The notes below the pieces were generated by a model, which saw only the letters and a program-made list of their open reading frames with translations, was not told the origin of the DNA and did not search any database. This document shows, piece after piece, positions 10,239 to 17,912 of a stretch of 64,000 nt of DNA; the stretch's first letter is position 1; the number at the start of each line of letters is the position of its first letter. The translations under genes were made by a program, and so were the position numbers. The stretch comes from Candidatus Latescibacterota bacterium (lineage in GTDB: Bacteria; Latescibacterota; UBA2968; UBA8231), in assembly GCA_963422735.1 (NCBI GenBank), contig OY730476.1:3232001-3296000 (forward strand), given 5' to 3'.

Positions 10239-11189
10239 ATGATTTTGAAAAAAATCACTGTTTTGCTCGCACTGGCCTTGTGCGTGGGCGTCGTCGCTCC
10301 GGCTACGGCGCATGTGCCCGAAGGCGCTGTGCGTACGGCCTTCCAGTGGCCGGCGGGCCTTGAGCCAACGCTGGACGGCGATCTGTCCGAATGGTCGATC
10401 GTGCCCGAAGACTACTCGATTGCCTTTGCCGATCACATCGAGTTCAACGGCGAAAAGCCGGCCGACTTCGGCGACTTGAACTTCCGCGCCATCGTCGGCT
10501 GGAGCGAATCGACCAACAGCCTCTACTTCATGATGGAGCGCTTTGACGACTTCTACGATCGCGACGCCATGGGCGGCGTGGCTGGCGGCGACGATAGTTG
10601 GGAAATGCACGTCGATGGCGACCACGGCGGCGAGCAGATGCGCTTCGGCAGCGCTGACATAGAGGACGAGGAAGAGCGCACCTTGGCCCAAGGCCGCTGG
10701 GCGCAGTCCTACCACACCCGCTTCCCGAACCTCGGTCCCGACGGCCAAGAGAGCTGGTCGTGGTTTTGGATGACCCAAGCGCAGTGGCACGACGAGCTGC
10801 CCTACGCCGACCACGGCTTCCGCTTGGACGGCCAAATCGGCGGTGGCGAGGCCACGGCCTTTATCGAGGTGCGGCGCCAGGCTTGGGACGACTTTCTCTT
10901 TAACGACCCAGACGGCAGCGTCATCCACGACTACAACGAGGGCGAGATCACCGGCTTGGGCTGGGCGGTCTTCGACAGCGATGTAGCCGGTGCCGACGGC
11001 GGCGTTGGTCAGGACACCGAGCACTCCGGCCAGTGGTCTCTTTCGGGCGCCAGCGATGTGTGGAAAACCACGGCTTCGGCCACGGATTTCCTGCTAGCAC
11101 CCGTTGATCCGCGCGTCGATTTCAGCGCGATCGAGAGCGCGATCGAGGAGAATAGCTGGGGTCGCATCAAGTCTGCCTACATCCAGTAA
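10239..11189 (+). CDS. Secreted acidic CBM9/DOMON-like protein with C-terminal SWGRIK tail
   Basis: Signal peptide (ATA-H), PTLDGDLSEW, IVGWS...LYF..ERFDD, DDSWEMHVDGDHGG; ends SAIEENSWGRIKSAYIQ; RBS AAGGAGG. Confidence 0.7.
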   Translation: MILKKITVLLALALCVGVVAPATAHVPEGAVRTAFQWPAGLEPTLDGDLSEWSIVPEDYSIAFADHIEFNGEKPADFGDLNFRAIVGWSESTNSLYFMMERFDDFYDRDAMGGVAGGDDSWEMHVDGDHGGEQMRFGSADIEDEEERTLAQGRWAQSYHTRFPNLGPDGQESWSWFWMTQAQWHDELPYADHGFRLDGQIGGGEATAFIEVRRQAWDDFLFNDPDGSVIHDYNEGEITGLGWAVFDSDVAGADGGVGQDTEHSGQWSLSGASDVWKTTASATDFLLAPVDPRVDFSAIESAIEENSWGRIKSAYIQ

Positions 11190-11215
11190 GTGGGCAGTGT
11201 CTAGGATGCAAGGAC

Positions 11216-11250
11216 AAGGGGGGATGGGCTAGTTCCATCCCCCCTTCTTC
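11216..11250 (+). terminator. Strong intercistronic hairpin (leaky terminator or mRNA-stabilising stem)
   Basis: AAGGGGGGATGG-N7-CCATCCCCCCTT followed by a weak U-tract CTTCTT, just before the next RBS. Confidence 0.7.
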
Positions 11251-11264
11251 TTGGAGGTGCCATT

Positions 11265-13214
11265 GTGAAAAAGTTGCAGCGCACGACGCGGCTCATCGCG
11301 GCCCTGTTGGTAGTAGTCGGCGGCCAGCCAAGCGCGGCCTTGGTCGTCTATCGCATCGGCGGCGAGGACCTCCCGCCTCCGGCTGAGGTAGAGGCCGGTG
11401 CCGAGTTCCGCCAGTTGAGCTGGGCCGACTTGGACAAGAATTTAGGCGGCGAGAGCTTTGGGCTCGCGCTCAGTGAGCAGATTAGGCCCTTCTTCTACAA
11501 CGAGAGCGATAATATGGCGACGACCCTGAACGGGGTCGGCGGCAATTTCCAGCACGGCGCGTACAATGGCTTTGAAGATGTCGGCGACGAGCTGCGGATG
11601 GTGACCGACGGGGACCCGACGACGTTTTTCTTGGAGACCCGTCCGAGAGAACACGCTCATAACTTCCATGGCACGGCTTTTTTCTTTGATCTCGGCGGCG
11701 ACTTTGCGACGCACTTGATTCGCTTTATCCCGCAGGCAAGCAGTGAACGCTCGGTCGCCCACGTCATCGTCGCCGCGCAGACCGATGCCGGGGGCGGCGT
11801 GGATGAAATTGAATTCGTCGGAGCGAGTGCGCTTAGCCGGTCGCTGAGGGATCCCAAGCAGAAAAAGGGCATTGAGCTAAAGGTGGTCGCGGAAATCCGG
11901 GAAAACAAAAATCCGCAGCTCGACATTGAGCTAGACGGAATGCCCATCCGCTATTTGATGATCCACGTGATGCCCCAAAATGAAATATGGGACTTGGCTG
12001 AGCTGGAGGTGTACGGCGGCGGTTTCCAAGGCTCGGCCTCGTACCAGTCCAATGTCCTCGACCTAGGCGAATTTTCCAATTTGGGCTGGGTGCGTTGGGC
12101 AGGGCAGCAGGACGAAGGGGCGCAAGTGGAGATCCGCTCTCGCGCCGGTGGCGACGAGACGCCGCTCGTATACTGGCGCAAGACTTTCCGCGGCGACGAG
12201 CAGGTACCCTTTGGCGAGGACGGCAAACTGCTAACCCGCAAAAGCTATGGCCGCTTGGGGCCGATCGTGCGCGGGGCCATCACCGACGACACCGCCCAGT
12301 GGGAGCTGTGGTCGTCGCCGTACGAATTCGCCGACAGCGTGGGGGTGGCCCTGCGGGCGACGCGCTCCCACCGCTACGTGCAGTTCAGGGTAGAATTCAA
12401 ATCTTTCGGCCAAGCTGGCGGCCAGCTCGGCTATCTCGAATTCGCCGTTTCCCCGCGCTTGGTAACCGGCTTAGTCGGCGAGGTTGATCCTTGGCGGGCC
12501 GCAGTGGCTGAGGAACGCACTTTCACCTACGCATTGCGCCCGACAATTGAACCCGGCGACCAAGGATTTGACGGTTTGGACCTGCGCTTGGTCGGCGGCC
12601 GGATCGTCGGTGTGGAGGCGGTGCGCCTCAGCGGCGTACCCGTGGCGGATTTCAGCGTAGTGGCCGAGGATGCCGGCGTAGTCGTGGGTTTCCCGCGACT
12701 GGATGTCGCGCGCAGCGGCGAACTGCTCGAAGTGGATGTGCGCGCCGAAATTTTTCGCTTTGGCGCGAGCTTTGAAGGCCGGGTGATCGACAGCACAGTG
12801 CCGGGGGAAATCGGGCAGCTCGTGGCCGCTGGCGAGGCCAACGAGTTAGTGGACGGCAACCAACTTTTGGTACAGGCGATGACCCTAGACGATCAAGTCT
12901 TAGGGACAGTGTCGCTGAGCGTCGCGGCATTTACGCCTAACGGCGACCGGATCAACGACCAAGTGGAGATCACCTACGAACTGCTCAAAGTGACCGAGTC
13001 GGTGCAGGTGGAGGTGCTGGTGCGTGATTTGAGCGGCCGCTTGGTGCGGCGCGTGTACTCAGACGCCGATGGCGCAGGTCGGCATCCGCGCCAATGGGAC
13101 GGACTGGACGAAGCCGGCCAGCAGGTCGCCCCCGGTCTTTACATCTGCCAAGTTGAGGTCGAGAGTGGTGGGGAACGCCAAGTGCAAATGCGGCCCATTG
13201 CCGTCGCCTATTGA
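11265..13214 (+). CDS. Secreted protein, galactose-binding-like region plus C-terminal FlgD-Ig / T9SS type-B-like tail (paralogue 1)
   Basis: Signal peptide; TDGDPTT...FDLGG, AELEVYG.GF, WSSPY, FTPNGDRIND, DLSGRLVR, WDGLDEAGQQVAPGLY; ends VAY. Confidence 0.8.
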   Translation: MKKLQRTTRLIAALLVVVGGQPSAALVVYRIGGEDLPPPAEVEAGAEFRQLSWADLDKNLGGESFGLALSEQIRPFFYNESDNMATTLNGVGGNFQHGAYNGFEDVGDELRMVTDGDPTTFFLETRPREHAHNFHGTAFFFDLGGDFATHLIRFIPQASSERSVAHVIVAAQTDAGGGVDEIEFVGASALSRSLRDPKQKKGIELKVVAEIRENKNPQLDIELDGMPIRYLMIHVMPQNEIWDLAELEVYGGGFQGSASYQSNVLDLGEFSNLGWVRWAGQQDEGAQVEIRSRAGGDETPLVYWRKTFRGDEQVPFGEDGKLLTRKSYGRLGPIVRGAITDDTAQWELWSSPYEFADSVGVALRATRSHRYVQFRVEFKSFGQAGGQLGYLEFAVSPRLVTGLVGEVDPWRAAVAEERTFTYALRPTIEPGDQGFDGLDLRLVGGRIVGVEAVRLSGVPVADFSVVAEDAGVVVGFPRLDVARSGELLEVDVRAEIFRFGASFEGRVIDSTVPGEIGQLVAAGEANELVDGNQLLVQAMTLDDQVLGTVSLSVAAFTPNGDRINDQVEITYELLKVTESVQVEVLVRDLSGRLVRRVYSDADGAGRHPRQWDGLDEAGQQVAPGLYICQVEVESGGERQVQMRPIAVAY

Positions 13215-13226
13215 GGAGCAGGGGTC

Positions 13227-15722
13227 ATGTTGAATGCTGCGTTGTTGCTGAGCGTATTGTTGGGCGTTGTCGCCGCTTGGGGACAGGGCCATACCATCTC
13301 CGGGAATAAGGTCGTCGTCGAGCGGCAGACGCATTGGCAGCAGTGGATTTTTCCCGCCGGTACGCTCGACATGGACCAAACCGGGGCCGTGCGTCCCCAC
13401 TTCGCGTCCAAGAACATACTGGCAACCGCAGACATCGCGGCGTTTATCAAGCGCGGCAAGGGCTCGGAGGACGCGACCCTGCTCGACGCCCTCAACGCGG
13501 GCACTCGGGCCGCGGATCTGGCCCACCTTTTCGACGGGGACTTGAGCACCTATTGGGAACCCGATCCGGCGAGCCCGCTGCGCCAATGGTGGTTCGAGGT
13601 CGATCTGGGGCGGCTGGTGGCGGCCACCCACATCCGGCTCAAATTCGTCGGCGAGGAGCTAGGCGATCCCTTCCTGCAATTCGTGGTCTTGACCTCGGAC
13701 GGAAGCGAGGTTACAAAAGGTCAGCGCAGATTCAACCAAGTCTTCCGCACCTTGAAGTCGAACAAGGATCAGCGAGAATTTGAAATCGAGTTGGGTCCCA
13801 CGCGCCTTGATAGAGAAGGGCGCATGGTGAGCGACTACATCCGCTTCGTGCGGGTGACGATCACCGACACGGATAGCACGCGCGCCGCCAAGGTGTCGGC
13901 TGAACAATACAACCAGCTAGCGGCCGCGGATCGGGGCGCGGTGGATTTTTACAAAAAGGCCGGCGCAGGCCAAGTACAGGTGAGCGAGGCCACGTACGAG
14001 GTGGTTGACCCCGCGTTGCGCGGTGAGATCCGCCGCTACCGCCGCGAGCGCCCGCGGCTGGCCGAGCTGGAGGTCCAGACGCTCGGGGAAAACATCTCGC
14101 TGGGATTGGTGGAGCGCAAAGGCGTCGCGCTGCTCACCTTCTTGGACAACGCGCCCGCGACGGCCTTCTTCGACGGCCTCTTCGAGACGTCCTTGGCCTT
14201 TACCAGCACCGACGAGATACGGGAATTATTCTTCGACTTAGGCTCTTCCTTCTGGATAGACCGGCACCAGATTTACTACGACCGCCAGCGCAGCCGCTTC
14301 CCTAATTACGACTTGCAGACTGCGGACGGCTCGCTGGCTGCGGACGGCTCGCTGGTGTGGACGACGCAGGCCTCGCGGCGCAATCGCGCCACTTCTGGCC
14401 ACTTTACCGGAGATGTGTACGATGTGGATACGTTCGCGCCGACGCCTACGCGCTTTGCGCGAATTTTGTTCTGGGGAGGGGGTCAGTTCAAGCCGCGCGA
14501 GGTGCAGTTCTACGGAGAGGGTTTCCAGCCGGAGGTCGAGTTGGTTTCGCCGCTCATCCGCTTGGGCGGCTCGAAAAACTTGGTCTCAATTGAATGGGAT
14601 GGAGACGCTGACTTGGGGACCTTTGTCGAAGTTCAGACGCGCACGGGCAACGAGCTGGTCGAAGAGTATCGCTACTTCAACAGCGGCGGCGGCGAAGTTT
14701 CGGCCGAGGCATACGCAGGCTTGGGCTTTTTCAGCAAGGGGCGGATCGACACGACGGAAGCCCCCGGGGCCGACTGGAGCGCGTGGAGCTTGCCCTACGA
14801 GGCTTCGGGCGCGGCGATCACTTCTCCAAGCCCGCGCCAATTTCTGTTGCTCAGGGCCCGCTTGCTCTCGGACGACCCGCGCAGCGCGGCTGTGCTGCGC
14901 TCCATTCGGCTCAGCTTCGTCGAGCCGCTCGCCAGCCAGCTTTTGGGCGAGATCGAACCCGGCCTCGTGGGAGCGTTGGGCAAAAAGCAGGAGCTTTCGC
15001 TTTTCATCAAACCGAATTTCGCTCCCCAGAGCGTGGGGTTTGACGAGGTGCAGATAAGGGTACCGGACAACATGGCCTTGGATTTTCGCGGACTGCGGCT
15101 GGGGCGCGAAGCCCAATGGGAGAGCGCGGAACTAGCGGCCTCCGCAGAAGTAGTGGCGACCGCCCCAGACTCTTTGTGGGTGCGGTTAAACGAGGTCGTC
15201 GGCCCATCCTCAGCCGATCTGATTGAGGTGCAATTCGCCACCGCCCTCTACTTGCCCGGTGCCGTGTTCAAGGCGTCGTTGGGTCATTCGGCCATGGAGA
15301 ACTCTTGGCAGCGGGTTGATCCAGCGGATGCAACGGAATTGGCGACCGGGCAGGGGATGCTGTTGGTAGGCCCAGAAGGCGGCCGACACGTCTTGGGTGA
15401 CCTGAACGTTGGCAGTGGGGTCGCGACGCCGAATGGGGATGGGATCAATGACGAGTTGGCGTTCTCATTCGCGGTTACCAAGCTGACCGGCACCCAGCCG
15501 CTCCACGTGCGGATTTACGACCTAGCTGGCCGGCTGGTGAGGCACTGGCGAGAGACGCGGCCCTTGGTCAGCGGCGAGTACGCCCTGCGCTGGTCGTGCG
15601 AGGATCAATCCGGCGCACTGGTCGCCCCCGGACTGTATCTGCTAGCGGTAGAAGTGGTGCCCAACGACGACTCGCGAGTGGAGCGCACCGCGAGGCAACA
15701 CCTCATTCACGTGGCGTATTGA
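13227..15722 (+). CDS. Secreted protein, two galactose-binding-like regions plus FlgD-Ig / type-B-like tail (paralogue 2)
   Basis: Signal peptide; FDGDLSTYW..WFEVDLGR, EVQFYGEGF, WSAWSLPY, SPSPRQF, TPNGDGIND, YDLAGRLVR, VAPGLY; ends VAY. Confidence 0.8.
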   Translation: MLNAALLLSVLLGVVAAWGQGHTISGNKVVVERQTHWQQWIFPAGTLDMDQTGAVRPHFASKNILATADIAAFIKRGKGSEDATLLDALNAGTRAADLAHLFDGDLSTYWEPDPASPLRQWWFEVDLGRLVAATHIRLKFVGEELGDPFLQFVVLTSDGSEVTKGQRRFNQVFRTLKSNKDQREFEIELGPTRLDREGRMVSDYIRFVRVTITDTDSTRAAKVSAEQYNQLAAADRGAVDFYKKAGAGQVQVSEATYEVVDPALRGEIRRYRRERPRLAELEVQTLGENISLGLVERKGVALLTFLDNAPATAFFDGLFETSLAFTSTDEIRELFFDLGSSFWIDRHQIYYDRQRSRFPNYDLQTADGSLAADGSLVWTTQASRRNRATSGHFTGDVYDVDTFAPTPTRFARILFWGGGQFKPREVQFYGEGFQPEVELVSPLIRLGGSKNLVSIEWDGDADLGTFVEVQTRTGNELVEEYRYFNSGGGEVSAEAYAGLGFFSKGRIDTTEAPGADWSAWSLPYEASGAAITSPSPRQFLLLRARLLSDDPRSAAVLRSIRLSFVEPLASQLLGEIEPGLVGALGKKQELSLFIKPNFAPQSVGFDEVQIRVPDNMALDFRGLRLGREAQWESAELAASAEVVATAPDSLWVRLNEVVGPSSADLIEVQFATALYLPGAVFKASLGHSAMENSWQRVDPADATELATGQGMLLVGPEGGRHVLGDLNVGSGVATPNGDGINDELAFSFAVTKLTGTQPLHVRIYDLAGRLVRHWRETRPLVSGEYALRWSCEDQSGALVAPGLYLLAVEVVPNDDSRVERTARQHLIHVAY

Positions 15723-15733
15723 GGGAGGTTGCG

Positions 15734-17899
15734 ATGCACTGGTTGCCGATCGCGCTGCTGTTGCTAGCGGCACTGCAAAGCATAGCCGAGACGCGGAGCA
15801 TTTCCATAGGCGGCGCGAGCGGATCGTCTTGGCAAGAGGGTGGGGGCCAGATACAGGCAATTTTCCCAACTGGGGCCAGAGATGTCGAGCGCGGCAACAC
15901 CCCGGGCGGCGTGATCGATTTTGACCCCGAGGGTCGGGTGGGTTGGATTTTTCCGCAGAACGTCGTCGAGGGCACCAATCTAGCCCTTGGAATACTCGGG
16001 CGCGGCGGCTCGGTCACCTCGCCGACGGTCCTCGAAGCGGGCATTGAGTCGCAGCTAGAGACGATGATCGACGGCGACGGCAAAACGGCCTTGGAGCGCA
16101 AGAACGTGGCCGTCATCCGCGGCATGGCCATGGACTTTGACCTAGGTGCTCGCTTTGGGGTCAATCGCGTCCAATTTTTCCCGCGCAATGGCCACCCAGA
16201 TTTTCCCGCGGCTCCTTTCCAAGAGGAATTCATTCGCGGCTACGAGCTGTTTTTCAACGACGGCAGCGAGGAGACGCAAGGCGCGGGCGGCCCAGAATGG
16301 CGCTCGTTTCGGTTGGACGCTGCCAACCAAGACGCGCTGGTCGATCTGAGCATTCCCCCGCAATTTGTGCGCTTCATCCGCTTGCAGTCGCGCACGAGCA
16401 GCGGTTTTGAGATCGCCGAGTTCCGCGTCTTTGGCACTGGTTTCGTGCCCACGGCTGAATACATATCCAACATATTCGATCTCGGCCCAGATTTGGGCTT
16501 GTGGGGGACCATTCGCTGGGTGGAGGAAAGCGTCGGCCCGGCTGGTTTCGCCAGTGCGCGTGCGCGAACCCGCACCGGCTTGGACGACAGTCCTTTAGTC
16601 TATACCCGGCGCTTCTTCTTTGAGGGGACCCAAGTCGAGGTGCCGTGGAAGAAGAATGCCGCAGTTGAGGCCGAGGGCGGCGAGGTCAATCTCGACCAGG
16701 TCGATCTGGAGAGGGCGCGTGCGCTCTTTGGCGCGCTGCCGCTGGGTCAGCGCAATGCCATCTCGCTGTCGCTGGACGATTACAAGGGCTTGGGTGCCGA
16801 GCGGGGCAATGTGGTGGCCGATCTAGACGCTTGGAGCCCGTGGTCCTCGCCCTACGAGTTAGGGACCCTGTTGACCGAGGCAGAGATCGAGGACAGCCAA
16901 TTGGGCGTGCCGATTGTCTCGCCCGGGCCGAGGCGTTACATACAGTTCCGCATCGACTTTTTCAGCGAGGACTTGGAGGCGGCCACAGGCATCGGCCCGC
17001 TGACCTTTACCGTGGCTACGCCGCCGCCGGCCGCACAGATTCTCGGAGAGATCTTTCCTCGTCAGGTCGATTTGGGCAAGCCGGTGGATTTCGTCTATGC
17101 GGTGATGCCGACTTCCATTCGGCCAAGTGTAGATACGGGCTTTGACAGCTTTGAGATCGCCACGCCGGTGCGGGTACAGGCCATTGAGTCCATCGAAGTC
17201 ATCGATGCCGCTGGGCAGGTTGAGGCAGCGGATTTTTCAATGGCCGATCTTTCCGCGCTGCCGGCCACCGACGAGACCGGACGCTTTGCCATTGAGTCGG
17301 TCGATGCGCGTCGCTTTCGCGTGCGCTTTCCCATCATTGCCGAAAGCGAGTTGGCGACCGGGCGGACGGCCCAGCTCAAAATCCGCTTTCGCAGCCGCGT
17401 GTTGCGCTACGGCACCAAGTTCGCCGGTTTTGCCTTCAACAGTGCCGAGGGGGACGTGGGGCAGGAGGTCGTTGCCGGCAACGTGGCCGCGTTGGCTCCT
17501 AGCGACGACGATATTGTGGCTGTTGGCTTGGAGACGAACCGGGGCCTTTCGGTGGATGTGCCACTAGCCAGCAGCAGTGCCCTGCTGATCAACGTGCGCA
17601 CCGAACCCCGTCCCTTTAGCCCCAACGGCGATGGAATCAACGACGCGACGCACGTGTACTACGATCTGAGCCGTTTGGCCAGCCCGGCACCGGTCAATGT
17701 GGAAATCGTCGATTTGGCCGGACGCTGGGTGCGCCAGCTATTTTCCGGCCTCCAGGGCGGCGGCTCGTACGCCATGCCTTGGAGTGGTGTGGATGAGAGC
17801 GGGGCCGCGCTACCGCCGGGCATTTACTTAGTGCGCGTAACGCTGGCCAGCGATGCGGGCCGCGAAAGCGCGGTTAGGGCTGTCGAACTAGTGTACTGA
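15734..17899 (+). CDS. Secreted protein, galactose-binding-like region plus FlgD-Ig / type-B-like tail (paralogue 3)
   Basis: ATG 15734 after GGGAGG; IDGDGKT..FDLGARF, EIAEFRVFGTGF, WSPWSSPY, SPGPRRYIQ, FSPNGDGIND, LPPGIY; ends LVY. Confidence 0.8.
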   Translation: MHWLPIALLLLAALQSIAETRSISIGGASGSSWQEGGGQIQAIFPTGARDVERGNTPGGVIDFDPEGRVGWIFPQNVVEGTNLALGILGRGGSVTSPTVLEAGIESQLETMIDGDGKTALERKNVAVIRGMAMDFDLGARFGVNRVQFFPRNGHPDFPAAPFQEEFIRGYELFFNDGSEETQGAGGPEWRSFRLDAANQDALVDLSIPPQFVRFIRLQSRTSSGFEIAEFRVFGTGFVPTAEYISNIFDLGPDLGLWGTIRWVEESVGPAGFASARARTRTGLDDSPLVYTRRFFFEGTQVEVPWKKNAAVEAEGGEVNLDQVDLERARALFGALPLGQRNAISLSLDDYKGLGAERGNVVADLDAWSPWSSPYELGTLLTEAEIEDSQLGVPIVSPGPRRYIQFRIDFFSEDLEAATGIGPLTFTVATPPPAAQILGEIFPRQVDLGKPVDFVYAVMPTSIRPSVDTGFDSFEIATPVRVQAIESIEVIDAAGQVEAADFSMADLSALPATDETGRFAIESVDARRFRVRFPIIAESELATGRTAQLKIRFRSRVLRYGTKFAGFAFNSAEGDVGQEVVAGNVAALAPSDDDIVAVGLETNRGLSVDVPLASSSALLINVRTEPRPFSPNGDGINDATHVYYDLSRLASPAPVNVEIVDLAGRWVRQLFSGLQGGGSYAMPWSGVDESGAALPPGIYLVRVTLASDAGRESAVRAVELVY

Positions 17900-17912
17900 T
17901 TAGGGAGGGCTA

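Noticed and set aside
14320-14355. Exact 18-bp tandem duplication inside the second FlgD-tail gene
   Set aside because: In-frame two-copy repeat (ADGSLA/ADGSLV); no sign of a variable array or diversity-generating element
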